NCBI GenBank assembly: GCA_964016885.1 | Contig: OZ024740.1 | Span: 285,014,001 to 285,078,000 of the forward strand | Length of the DNA: 64,000 nt | Origin: Eledone cirrhosa | Taxonomy: Eukaryota | Direction of reading: 5' to 3' | In this document: positions 12,250 to 25,098 of the stretch, piece after piece | How the letters are laid out: each line of letters begins with the position of its first letter | Numbering within the stretch: the first letter of the stretch is position 1 | Position numbers and translations under genes: made by a program | The notes under the pieces: model-generated | Database searches by the model: none | What the model saw: the letters and a program-made list of their open reading frames with translations, nothing else | Told to the model about the DNA's origin: nothing

Positions 12250-12925
12250 ATGTAAATACTTATATTTGTTAGTTACAATTTCTCTCTCTCTTCTTTAGTA
12301 TTATGTTTTACCATCAGAAACACAAAAGTTGATAAAAGAAACTTCATGTTTGACTGATGAGTAGATGGCAAAAATATTGATTTCATTTCCGTTATATCAA
12401 TATAAATTACACAGGAATTTGAACAGCAGTATATATATGAATAAATATAGAAATTATAAAACAAATAAATTTACTAACAGAGTGAAACCTGTAATATATA
12501 CTATATTTATAGTTAAAACATGCAAACGGACGAACAGATGGTTTGAGAGAGTAACGTATCAAAGATAATGTCAGTGACAAGATAAATATTCATTAAATTA
12601 ACAGGACCTTGTGAAAACTTTAATGAAATCAAAAATAACTTTAAGGAGGAAAGTTATAATGACAAATCTTAAAACAAAATAAAACAGAATTTTGTTTGTT
12701 ATAAATAATCAATCGCTGTCATGCATCGTTTTGATAAGTTTGATCCAAAACACACAAATTCAGGGACTAAAATTACAATAAGAATATACACAAAACTGAT
12801 CCCTCTATTATTGACAACATTAACTCTTTTGTTGAGCGTCTCAGTATTACTACTAATTTATTAAACAATGACAACAGGTCGAAAAAAAAAGAAAAGAAAA
12901 ATACAATTATTAGGGAACAACTTAC

Positions 12926-12952
12926 TTTCTTCCTGGAAAAGATGAGCCCCAT
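12926..12952 (-). CDS. Possible short first coding segment of a host gene (MGLIFSRKK, N-myristoylation-like)
   Basis: Minus strand: gtc ATG GGG CTC ATC TTT TCC AGG AAG AAA | GTAAGT donor, with a polypyrimidine+CAG acceptor ending at 13254; unique, non-repetitive sequence. Confidence 0.3.
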
Positions 12953-14216
12953 GACTGCAGCAAATAATGCTGGCCTCGAAAAAAACAAGTGTTGTGTATG
13001 TGGTAGTAGTCCGACTGTTAGAAATCTCACTCCATGTTCATCAATGTCTCCCGGAGCTGCCACATTACAGCTTCACTCCTCCTCCTTCTCTCCTCACCCC
13101 TCTTCCTCTCGTTTGCAACAGATTTCTTTTACTACACTATTGCTTCCAACGGCTGCTGGTACCAAATAAGCAGTTTTGTTTGCTGTTTACTGATAAACGC
13201 GACACGTCAACGAGCGATTCTTTTTGCGCAATCTCTCGGCTTGCTAGAAATAACTGCAGGAATTAAAGAAAAATAAAAGAACACATGGGATATTGTCATT
13301 TTGGGAGCATTGTGCATAACCAGGGTAAAAAATGGGATTATTATGTCTGGAATGCCTTTCCTTACATGTGCGCTCGATTACGGTTCAGCTGGGCCTAAAT
13401 AACACCATCGTGCTCATTCTTGGTGATAAACTCGACGCACCAACGAGGGAACTTTTACGCGATGACATAACCTGCTAGAAGTAGCAGCCAAATATCCCGC
13501 AAACCGTCCTTTAAAAAAAATAAAGAATACGTTGGATGATATAGTTTTAAATTTACAAAATGGTAGGTTGGTCACGGTTGGAGTATCTTTGACTGCTCAA
13601 TCAAGGCTAACTGAGAATTAACTAACAATGACAACCATTCATGCGTATATATATATATATATATACATACAGTGACTGATATAGATATTTATATAGCATT
13701 GACATACGTTAACAATGCAATTATCACTTTCGCTTTAGCTTGAACATTTTTTGTATGCCTCTCCCTATATTTTTACCTGTCTTAAATGTAAATCTCTCTA
13801 ACTGCTTAGTAATTACTTGCTAAGATTACATTACGCAGATCATGTCATTCCCTTTGACAAGTATCCTGGCCCCTCACCACACATACTAGAATAAAAATTT
13901 CATTGCGAATGCCCATTATATATATGTGTGTGTGTGTGTTTACATTTGTAGTGGAATTTTCACCTTTGCAAGGATTTTTCTAAACTCCACATCCCTTTTT
14001 TTTTTTCCATCTATAAATATGTTTACATTTTTTAATGAAATATTCATCTTTGGAAACAAAATACACTTGACGTTTCGAACATAAGTAAAATTAACTTTAT
14101 TTTAAAAGCACCTGTATTGAGAAAAAAAACATTACTTTATTTATTTTTGGTAATTAAAGAAAATTAATGTTTTTTAAAAACATTCCTCATCTACGCGCGT
14201 ATTCGGCAAGATTACC

Positions 14217-14284
<68 letters not shown>

Positions 14285-15347
14285 GTGTGTGATAAACGAA
14301 TGAAGTTTTGTTTACATTTTTTATTGGGTATCGACCTGTTGTACGCGTTTCACAGATGATTGGTTCAAGGTCATCTAAGGAAGTTATGGTCCCGACTTCA
14401 GCATCGATCTGCTTGTCGGACAACAAATTAAATGTAACCTCTGCATATATATATCATCATCATCATCATCATCATCATTTAATGTCCATCTTCCACGCTA
14501 GCATGGGTTAGACGGCTTAGTTCCATATATATACAGGAAGGGGGTGTTTACAAGGTGAACACAGTAGGATGAATATTATTATTCTAACGCTTAAATGAAA
14601 TAGATTAATGTCTTTTACGTTTCAGTCATTAGTCCTTCTTCGGAAAGTAAAGAATAGAATGGAGAACAAGTGATTTAGAGGGAGATAAAATTAAAAGGAA
14701 GAATTGTGGGTATTATTTAGAAAATGAGAAGTAGTGTATGGGTAAAAGCCCTGTCCTCTGAGATAACATCATTATATATGTATAAAAAAAGAGCAGTGGA
14801 TTGACAGAATTACGAGTGCATCAGATAGAATATATTGCAGTATTTCGTTATGGCCTTCTATCTTCTGATTTCAAATCCCACCCAATGTCAATTTTGCCTT
14901 TCATCCTTCTGCGTCAATAAGATAAAGTACTGGGCCAGTATAATAAACTTCACTTCATTCAAAAAAGTGTTTGCCTTGTGCCTTTGCCTTTCATCCTTAC
15001 GGGGTCGATAAAATAAAGTACCAGTAATGTACTGGGTAATTGCTGGCCTTGTGCCAAAAGTAGAAACAATAATATATACAAATAATCTTGTATTCGTAGA
15101 GATTTCATCATCATCATCATCACCATTACATGCCTACATGGGTTGGACGGGTTTTTACCAACAAACAATCCTCCATTTGTTGTATCCCTTTGTCATCTCA
15201 TTGAGCTTCAACAGTTTCAGATCAGCTCTCACCACCCAGGTCCTCATTGGTCTTCCACTACTGCAGTTTACTTCTACCAATCCATTAGTCGAAAGTTATT
15301 TCTATATTTACCAGAGTACCAATACAGCCTGACATTATGTTTTCATG

Positions 15348-15738
15348 TACTCTTTGGTCCCACAAATAATAGTGGGAGGATAAGTTGGGGAGTTTGAATA
15401 AGCAGGGGGGGGGGGGTTTCAAGGTTGTCTCTGTTGATTTTTTAAAACCAGAATTAGTTGTTTAGTTTAAATATTAAGACCCCCAACCCATCCTATTTAT
15501 TTTATAACGTATGAGATTTCTAGTAATGTACTTTTTTTGTCATGTATAATGTTTTTTATTGTCAAAAGAAAATTGATTGTCACAAGAATGCTACCTCTTA
15601 AAATAAAATTTCTCTGGAGGTAGATTAGTAACATTATATAAGCAGAGGGTGTTGGAATAAGAGCAGTAGGGGGAGGGGGGTAATCTAAAACATTAATAAG
15701 TGATTGGGAGGGGGGCAATTATTTAAGACCCAAGAGTA
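15348..15738. mobile_element. TIR MITE (Tc1/pogo-like, TA ends)
   Basis: Termini tactctttggtcccacaaataat ... attatttaagacccaagagta are imperfect inverted repeats. Confidence 0.5.
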
Positions 15739-16129
15739 TGTAAATGTGTAGCTGTATCATTAATATATAAGGCAAAGGAATTTTATTTTTTAAACTTGGC
15801 AATATTATACAACATTTTTTAAGCAATAGTTCATGAGCAAAAAATAACAATGAATTACATATCAGTTGTTTATTAAGAAAACATGTGAATTATTACACTG
15901 TAAGGATATTGCCAACTCTCATTCTATATTGTGATTTGAGCAAATTAAGATGAATTATTGTTCTGAGATCTGTTATGTAAAATTACAGTTGGAGATAGTT
16001 GAATCACAAAGTATCATAATAATCTGATATGATATTTTTTATATATCATCATCATCACCCACCACCACCACCACCACCACCACTAATTTGTGACCATTTT
16101 CCACATAAATCTCTAAGATCATTAAAAAA

Positions 16130-17860
16130 CAACTTTGAATTTCAGACCTCTATGTCCACTGTAACATTTCTTGCTTGAATGATCAAACTTTTCCTGTTGA
16201 TCTGTATATCTTCAGCCAAATTGATGAGATAAGATTGACATTTATTTCATTACACCACTGACTTCATTGATGGTCTTTTGAGTGAGACTGAGACACAGAA
16301 GTTTTCCTGCAAGATGACCTGTAAATAGTTTCAGACTTGCCATTCCATTTGTTCAAAGAACATCTGGTAAAACATGGATAGATTTTCTCACATACTTCTT
16401 GAGAATAACTCAGCACTGAGGACTAGAATTTGACAAATTAAAAAAAATGTAACTGCCTCCATCTTCTTCACATAAGTTTAGCAAACGGCAGGCATATGGG
16501 GAATAAATATATAATGGATTAACAAATAGTATGTGCTGTTGGGTACCAATATACTTGGCAGTGTTATAATAACTCTGTCTATATCAATGGAGCTATAGGA
16601 GTGCTGTAGTGACATAGAGCGTATCTTGGGCATTTTTTAAAGATGGCAGAGCCCATTTCTTCTACTGGTCTGAACACAGCCAATTTCTTTGAAAGAAAGA
16701 GAGTGAGAAAGAAGTGAGAAAAATACAGAAGAAGATTCAAGCCCAGTGCTGAACTAATAATCTTTTTTATCAACCTCAAAAGGATGAAAGGCAATGTTGA
16801 ATTCAACAGGTTTTGAGTGCAAAGAGTCAGAATGAATACCATAAAGTATTCTATCTGGCATTTTAATGGTTTTACCAATTTGCCACCTTTTTACAGTTCT
16901 TACTTCATCTAAAATATGATTGCTAACATTGATCTGTGCAGTAACGGATTAAATCAATTGAAGATGATCCTGCAACTGTGAACTTGAAACCATTTGCTTT
17001 TTTTGAATCTCTAATCTTTGCAACTTGTTCAGCTAGAACCTGACTGTAATGGGTTAGGAGTTCCAGAAAGCACAAAAAGTTCCCTGCATTACCATTTCAC
17101 TTAGGTGAGCCAGAGAAAGCAAGTCCTCTTCATCCAAGAAAAATTGCAACATCCATTATCCACATAAATATATTTCACCATTTCTTAGTCTCGTTCATGA
17201 TTCCTTTGTGAGACATCCCATCAAGCCCAGTATCACTTTTTAACCTACTCGACTACCCATGCCATTGTATTCTGCATTGTATTGTTTTCATGTTCAGGTG
17301 ACTATCAAACAGCTTTCTCCATTTCTATTCTGTACTTTAGCCTTCTTTGGATGCCATGATTGACTTCAGCCTTGGCAGTTGGAAGAAAACTTTACAAGGC
17401 ATACAATATACATACTGATTTTCAGAACTGAATACAAGTACAAGACATTAAAGCCTCTCATGTTCACCATTTGGTGTTTTAACTTCAAGAACAGGCATTG
17501 GAAATTTTTATCTAGAAAAATCATTTGAGAAATCTTTTGGGTGTCGTCAGAGTCTTTTCTAAATAATATTCTCTATGTATTCTTTAGTTGGGATATTGGA
17601 TTAGTAAATTCCAATATCAATCCCATATGTTTTAGATTTATTTTCTTTTGAATGAAGATTCTTGTGGCCTTCTTGAGCTATCTCTGCACATGCATCCATC
17701 TCTGGTTTCTGGGCTGTCTAGCCTACCTGGCATTTTGTGATGATCTACTATGCTAAGTCTACTGTCATGATCATAGTTTCAACTGGTGCTGGTATCATCT
17801 GAGTCTGCTGAATCTGTATGATGATGATCATAATGGAAGCCAACCTCAAATACCTTTTGA
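16130..17860 (-). pseudogene. Highly degraded hAT transposase (ZMYM1/DUF4371-like)
   Basis: Minus-strand remnants IMDVAIFLG.RGLAF, NGNAGNFLCFLELL..Y..VL.E and SLKRPS...W resemble hAT DUF4371 and TRW regions; interrupted by a SINE fragment. Confidence 0.55.
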
Positions 17861-17964
17861 CAACTCCTGATTTCAATTTATTTATTTGTTAATTTATTTA
17901 TTTATTTATTTGCTAAGTCTTTCATGAATTAAGTGCAAGAATTTCAGGAGCAGGTGCAGTAATG

Positions 17965-18482
17965 CACCAGTTTCAGTATTCAGTAATCAGAAGAAGGGAG
18001 GTAAGTGTATAAGCCAAACTTGCTATCTTCAAATCGATATTCATGCCATCCCTCACCTATGGTCATGAATCTTGGGTAATGACTGAAAGAATACGTGCAG
18101 GCAAAATGGGGCCGCTCTGAAGAGTCTTAGGAGTAATGTTACTCAATAGAGTGCGTAACTTGGAGATCAGAGAGTCACTTCAGGTATAGCCGCTACTTCT
18201 CCAAATTGAGAGATCACAGCTCCAATACTACAGGCATGTGATTAGAATGTCTCAGGGAAAATCACTGTACAGATTTGACAGGCAAAACCATCCAGCAGGA
18301 GACCCAGAGGTAGACCCCCAAGCAAGATGATTGGATAACATCCATGAGCTCGGCTGATCGCACTTGGGAATCCAGTCGAATCAGTTGGAGACAGTTGCTT
18401 CTGACAGGACCCACTGGAAGGAATATTTGAAGACTCTGCCCCCACAACCCTCTCAGGAATAAGTGGGCGAATAGGAAGAAGA
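17965..18482 (+). mobile_element. RTE (Expander-like) LINE 3' fragment
   Basis: AKLAIFKSIFMPSLTYGHESWVMTER..IERSQLQYY.HVIRM..GRP..W..VASDRTHW. Confidence 0.8.
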
Positions 18483-18895
18483 TATATATATATAAAATTG
18501 TTAATATTTAGAGGATATTTAGAATTATTAACAATTTAAACAAGTTACTAACCAATAGAAGATGCAAAATAGTAATCTATGAAAGTCATTGAGATTAAGT
18601 ACAAAATTTGTTATAGCAGTTGTGCTTCATTAAAATTATAACTTTAATAATAAAACAATTAATAAGACACTGAGAATAAGATAATGATAACAATCGGATA
18701 CTGTATTATTTAACAAACAACAATTTATTCTCTTGATATGAAGTTTAACCTTGATGCTTAACCTAATATGGGTATTAAACTAGACTTAAGCAGCTAAGCA
18801 TAAGCCACTAGACAGATTAAAAAAAGTTAAAACTGGGCTCAATACAGACTTTAGACTTTTGATATATAAGTGGGAATAATAAATGACTAAATAAT

Positions 18896-19080
18896 TGTTT
18901 CTACTTTAGGCACAAGGCCAGCAATTACCCAGTACATTACTGGTACTTTATTTTATCAACCCCGTAAGGATGAAAGGCAAAGTGAACCTCGGCGGGATTT
19001 GAACTCAGATCGTAAAGGGACGTAACTATGCTGGAAAGCATGGCATCCGACCCTCTACCGATACTGCCAATCCACCGCCC
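18896..19080 (-). mobile_element. Full-length family A SINE with 16-bp TSD
   Basis: TSD taaatgactaaataat at 18880-18895 and 19081-19096. Confidence 0.9.
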
Positions 19081-19461
19081 TAAATGACTAAATAATGAAT
19101 TATATTTGTTTGCATTGTATCTTTAATACAGAAGCAATTCATGATTGATGTTTGTACACTGTACATATTTGTCAGTATAAAATAATGAACTGCTATGTTT
19201 ATTTAGGGTATTTAAATATGCTTTTTAATTGGTTGCATGCTTGGTAATGTAGTGGATTAGATGATTGGTTCTGTGGTAGCTAGTATTGTCAACAATGTCC
19301 ATTCATATTGATCGATATCAGTCAATATGGATGCACAAAGAAAGATAACTCCAATAATATCACCTATTCTAAATTTCACCTGTTCACTTAAATACAAGAT
19401 TTACTCCTAAATGCTTTGTTTTTATTTTCCAAAATTTGCTTAGTACTTATATTATTGAAGT

Positions 19462-19730
19462 AGAGGCATGTGGCCAAGTGGTAAGGATATTGGACTTACG
19501 ATCATAATGCTGTGGGTTTGATTCCTGGACTAGGTTGTGTGTTGTGTTTTTGAACAAAGCATTTCATTTCATGTTGCTCCAGTATACTCAGCTGAAAATG
19601 AGAACCAGCAATAGCTGCAATGGACTTGCGTCCTGTCCACGGGATTCTTGTACTCTCAGTCACTTCACGCCACAGAAACCTAGATAAGCACTGGCCTGAT
19701 GAGCCTCTGGGCTCGAAACAAACAGACTTA
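19462..19730 (+). mobile_element. tRNA-derived SINE, family B (CORE-like central domain)
   Basis: A box tggccaagtgg, B-box-like ggtttgattcc, then ..gaacaaagcatttcatttcatgttgctccag; related copies at 25948-26066 (+), ~26560-26680 (-) and ~40040-40200 (-). Confidence 0.7.
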
Positions 19731-20467
19731 TATTATTGAACTTGCCATTTCCAGTGCACTAAAATAAAGGATGCAAGTACAATCAATGTTATACTTTTAG
19801 GTTAATTATATTTATCTTTTGTTAGAGACTGCTTATATTCAGCTTACATAATCATTTAAATTATCAGTAAATATTATATATACTATTTACTTGTACATAT
19901 TTAACTTGGTACAAGGCTAATTTTTTGTACAGTATAGGTATCATCAACTGAGTACACTTTTATTTATTCTTTTGAAATCTGAGCAGATGAAGAATTATGT
20001 CAACCCCTAAAAATATTTCAACTTATGAGTCTAAACTGATGATATCCAGCTGCTGTAAACTTTCATTTCTTTAACCTTTTCTAATTAGTTTGAAGGAATT
20101 TAAGAGGTAAACTAAGTGGTGGTGAGAACTAACCTCAAATCACTGAAACTCACAGAGAAGATGACAAAGAAATGCGGCAAGTAGAGAGATGCTGTGCTGA
20201 AAAGGACCCGTCCAACCCATGGAAAAATTGATGTAAAAACGATGATGATGATGATTAAGATAATATTTATAACATTACTTTATAAAAATTTCTAAAATAA
20301 AATTATTCAAGTATAAACATTTTATAATGAGCAGTATCATAAATTCCTGGGCAGTTTCAAGTGGGTTGGTATCAAAAGGGTCAAATAACTTATGTTTATT
20401 TCTCTCTCGCTCTACTCTTCTCTTCTCTCCCCTACTTCTTTGTCTTACCCTAAACCTACTTCTTTAT

Positions 20468-20832
20468 AAATAGAAATAGAAGCTTTCACCGTATTTTTTA
20501 CTAAAGAAATTTTAGCCTGATAGTGGGGTTTAGAACCCTCTAAGAAATGGAAATAGATGAGTATTGATGTACATGGGAGTCAAACCCACCTCTTTGGTTA
20601 TTCAAACCACTGTGCTACCATTACACCAACACATCACCCATCTCTTGAATGGAAATAGATGAGAGATGTGTTGGTGTAATGGTAGCACAGTGGTCTGGAT
20701 CACCAAAGATGTGGGTTCAACTCCAATGTATGTCAATACTCATCTTTTTCCATTTCTTAGAGGGTTCTAAACCCCACTATCAGGCTAAAATTTCTTTAAT
20801 CAAAAATACAGCAAAAGCTTCTATTTCTATTT
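20468..20832. mobile_element. Head-to-head inverted pair of a tRNA-headed short element
   Basis: ~170-bp inverted arms; the right arm begins gatgtgt TGGTGTAATGG tagcacag...g GGTTCAACTCC (A and B boxes). Confidence 0.6.
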
Positions 20833-21070
20833 TCAAATTCATTCGCTGTTTCAAAACATACTTACTTGCTTCTTTATTAAATTGTAATTGACCAAAGATT
20901 GTAATTGATAAAGAGCTGAAGACTGGGCATTTCACATCCTATCACTTGTGCTATGCCATATTGTGTTTATGACCAAAGCATTTGACTCTAAACTGGCACT
21001 GCCAACTAGCAGTAAATCAGTACCATAGAGAGGACCAATCCACTAAGGTGAGCAGTGGGGCACTGTAAAA

Positions 21071-21310
21071 TTAACCCTTTTGATATAAACCAAACTACCT
21101 AAAATCACCCTTGGCTCTATGATGCAAAGCCATTTGTTTTAAAGTATCCACATTTAAATTTAAACCTTCCATCACAATTTTTATGTAAGAAAACTGTGCT
21201 AAGTTATGTTTTAAACACCAGCTTATGAATGAGAAAGTTATTTTTTCGAAATCCCTTGAAATTCTTAATTATTTCCAAAATTGTTTGAAATATGATAATG
21301 AAAGGGTTAA
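21071..21310. mobile_element. piggyBac-type MITE (TTAA-CCCTTT...AAAGGG-TTAA)
   Basis: TTAA flanks and CCC/GGG termini. Confidence 0.6.
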
Positions 21311-21689
21311 CACATGTTTTTTTGACTTGGCATAGGGCTCCCATTTGCAGTTGGGGTGAAGAGTGTTTGCACACACACACATATCATGAGAAAGACTTGA
21401 ACTTTAGACCTTATAGTTTCAAACTCAAGTTTAGTCATGGTAAACTTTGATTCTTTTATTTTTAATCTTTCTAGTACTGATAAAGTAACTAATAATAAAT
21501 TACACATTTATATTTACTGAAAAAAATATATACATTTCAAGGCTGTGTTTATGTGTGTGTGTTTGTATGAGTGTATGTATAATGATGATATACACACACA
21601 CACACACACGCACACACATGTGTGTATGTGTGTGTGTGTGTCATGTAAAAATAACTTCTACAAGACAAGAGCTGTTTCATTCATTTGAG

Positions 21690-22318
21690 CCCAAGGGTGG
21701 TGAAAGCACAGGGTAGCCAAAGGCTGGAGAGGAATGAAGTGAGCATGCTTCAATGGATGTGCAATGTGGGCAGGAAGAATGAAGCACTGATGAGCTCAGA
21801 GAAAAGCTGGATATAAGAAGAATCACTTGTGTGCAGGGGAGTAGGCGACCCTGATATGATTATGTGATGCATATGGATGATAATCATTGGATAAAGTAGT
21901 GCCAAGAGATCCTAGTGGAAGGAAGCTGTAGTAGAGGAAGAACTGACCAGAAGTGGTGAAAGATGATCTTAAGATGCTGAACTTCACGGAAGAAATGGTG
22001 AAGGAATGCAATGAGTGAAGAGAGGTTGTGTTGGAAAATACCCAGCCAATCCATGCTGGCATGAAAAACATTCAGGGTGCTGTTACTTATGTTGGCAACA
22101 AAAGGCTTTTCTCTTAGAGTGAAGGAGAGATTGTATGATGTTTGCATACAAACTGTCATACTGTGTGATAAAGAGATATGGGCCTTGAATGCAGAATATC
22201 TACAGTGGCTGGAAAGACATGAGATGAGCATGCTCTGTTGGATGTGTAATGTTAGAATGCATGAATGATGGAGCACAGTTGAGTGAGAGAAACACTGGGT
22301 ATAAGATTAATCAGATGT
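21690..22318 (+). mobile_element. Decayed RTE LINE fragments (two overlapping pieces)
   Basis: LLATKGFSLRVKERLYDVCIQTVIL..EIWAL..LER.EMSML.WMCNV; same family as 41549-42328; another piece at 25497-25825. Confidence 0.7.
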
Positions 22319-22319
22319 A

Positions 22320-22601
22320 TATGAGGGTAGGCTGAAAAGTTCATAGGCTGACTATGAAGGAGTGATGCTAGAGTTGTGAAATCTTGCATGCATTAATTTC
22401 AACTCTTCTTATTAGCAACTGCATTGTTTCTTTCCAGGGCCTATGTTATTGGATCGTCAAGTATGAAATTTGTAGAAATTTATAGAAAAAAACAAATTTC
22501 TACAAATTTCATACTTGACGACCCAATAAAAAATAAACCTCATTTAGTCATTCCATGAGAGTCTCTTGATCAGCATATGAACTTTTCAGCCTACCCTTAT
22601 A
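22320..22601. mobile_element. Mariner-derived MITE (relative of 54389-55421); second copy at 27121-27324
   Basis: TIR tatgagggtaggctgaaaagttcata / tatgaacttttcagcctacccttata; internal sequence matches the mariner ends. Confidence 0.8.
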
Positions 22602-23130
22602 CAATAACTATGCCTCTCCACCATGCTCCTAATCATTTATCCCTGTTTAGTTCCATGTCAGCTTTAATCGAGCAGACCTGTGTCCATCCCATCTTTTTCT
22701 ACATCTAGGACTATATTATATATTCTTTCATTTTGAAGACAGTAGTTTTATATAAATGGATTTGGCTACTATTTCTAACAGATCAATTGACTATAAACAG
22801 GTTCCTTTGTTTGGGGTGCATTTGTGGGGTATTTTTTGTGCAGGGGGGGGGGGGGTTATTGAAAACGCGTCTTTACCCCCTACCCCTAATTTGAGTGCAA
22901 AAATTCTTACCACCCACACCCTCCAAGTTGATATCAATCTTTTGCATTTTCTTTTTTTATAGCTTTTATTTGTGATCTAGTTGAACATTTGTTTTTACTC
23001 TTGTGCAATGTTGTAAGCCATGGTATGGTTGTTTATGTTTTTATTCATCATTTCCTATGCTTCAATTGTTATTTCTGCTATTCTTACTCTCATTTGCTAC
23101 ATTTCGTTTACTTACATTTCAAGGTCTTCT

Positions 23131-25098
23131 TTTTACACAGTTGTTTTGGTGAGAAGAGATTGAGATGTCTATCAGAGTACAGTGATTTTTACACAGTTGT
23201 TTTGGTGAGAAGGGATTGAGAAGTCTATCAGAGTACAGTGATTTTTACACAGTTGTTTTGGTGAGAAGAGATTGAGATGTCTATCAGAGTACAGTGATTT
23301 TTACACAGTTGTTTTGGTGAGAAGAGATTGAGATGTCTATCAGAGTACAGTGATTTTTACACAGTTGTTTTGGTGAGAAGAGATTGAGATGTCTATCAGA
23401 GTACAGTGATTTTTACACAGTTGTTTTGGTGAGAAGGGATTGAGAAGTCTATCAGAGTACAGTGATTTTTACACAGTTGTTTTGGTGAGAAGGGATTGAG
23501 AAGTCTATCAGAGTACAGTGATTTTTACACAGTTGTTTTGGTGAGAAGAGATTGAGATGTCTATCAGAGTACAGTGATTTTTACACAGTTGTTTTGGTGA
23601 GAAGGGATTGAGAAGTCTATCAGAGTACAGTGATTTTTACACAGTTGTTTTGGTGAGAAGAGATTGAGATGTCTATCAGAGTACAGTGATTTTTACACAG
23701 TTGTTTTGGTGAGAAGGGATTGAGAAGTCTATCAGAGTACAGTGATTTTTACACAGTTGTTTTGGTGAGAAGAGATTGAGATGTCTATCAGAGTACAGTG
23801 ATTTTTACACAGTTGTTTTGGTGAGAAGAGATTGAGATGTCTATCAGAGTACAGTGATTTTTACACAGTTGTTTTGGTGAGAAGGGATTGAGAAGTCTAT
23901 CAGAGTACAGTGATTTTTACACAGTTGTTTTGGTGAGAAGGGATTGAGAAGTCTATCAGAGTACAGTGATTTTTACACAGTTGTTTTGGTGAGAAGGGAT
24001 TGAGAAGTCTATCAGAGTACAGTGATTTTTACACAGTTGTTTTGGTGAGAAGAGATTGAGATGTCTATCAGAGTACAGTGATTTTTACACAGTTGTTTTG
24101 GTGAGAAGAGATTGAGATGTCTATCAGAGTACAGTGATTTTTACACAGTTGTTTTGGTGAGAAGGGATTGAGAAGTCTATCAGAGTACAGTGATTTTTAC
24201 ACAGTTGTTTTGGTGAGAAGGGATTGAGAAGTCTATCAGAGTACAGTGATTTTTACACAGTTGTTTTGGTGAGAAGAGATTGAGATGTCTATCAGAGTAC
24301 AGTGATTTTTACACAGTTGTTTTGGTGAGAAGGGATTGAGAAGTCTATCAGAGTACAGTGATTTTTACACAGTTGTTTTGGTGAGAAGAGATTGAGATGT
24401 CTATCAGAGTACAGTGATTTTTACACAGTTGTTTTGGTGAGAAGGGATTGAGATGTCTATCAGAGTACAGTAAATTTTACACAGTTGTTTTGGTGAGAAG
24501 GGATTGAGAAGTCTATCAGAGTACAGTAAATTTTACACAGTTGTTTTGGTGAGAAGAGATTGAGATGTCTATCAGAGTACAGTGATTTTTACACAGTTGT
24601 TTTGGTGAGAAGGGATTGAGAAGTCTATCAGAGTACAGTGATTTTTACACAGTTGTTTTGGTGAGAAGAGATTGAGATGTCTATCAGAGTACAGTGATTT
24701 TTACACAGTTGTTTTGGTGAGAAGGGATTGAGATGTCTATCAGAGTACAGTAAATTTTACACAGTTGTTTTGGTGAGAATGGATTGAGAAGTCTATCAGA
24801 GTACAGTGATTTTTACACAGTTGTTTTGGTGAGAAGGGATTGAGATGTCTATCAGAGTACAGTAATTTTTACACAGTTGTTTTGGTGAGAAGGGATTGAG
24901 ATGCCAATTAGAGTACAGGGATTTTTATGCAGTTGTTTTGGGTGAGAAGGGATTGAGATGCCTATTAGAGTACAGGGATTTTTATGCAGTTGTTTTGGGT
25001 GAGAAGGGATTGAGATGCCTATTAGAGTACAGGGATTTTTACACAGTTGTTTTGGCGAAAAGGCATCAAGATGTCTATAAAAGTACAGGGATTTTTGA
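23131..25098. repeat. 56-bp tandem satellite/minisatellite, ~35 copies
   Basis: Unit ttttacacagttgttttggtgagaag(a/g)gattgaga(t/a)gtctatcagagtacagtgat with period 56 (e.g. 23191, 23247); the last few units are diverged 57-mers. Confidence 0.95.

Noticed and set aside
19690-19730. CTGATGAGCC-TCTG-GGCTCGAAAC resembling a hammerhead
   Set aside because: The stem uses the GA of the core, there is no helix III/UH or helix I, and it is the 3' stem-loop of a family B SINE
23131-25098. CRISPR-like regular array
   Set aside because: Units are contiguous with no unique spacers, there are no cas genes, and the context is eukaryotic; it is a satellite
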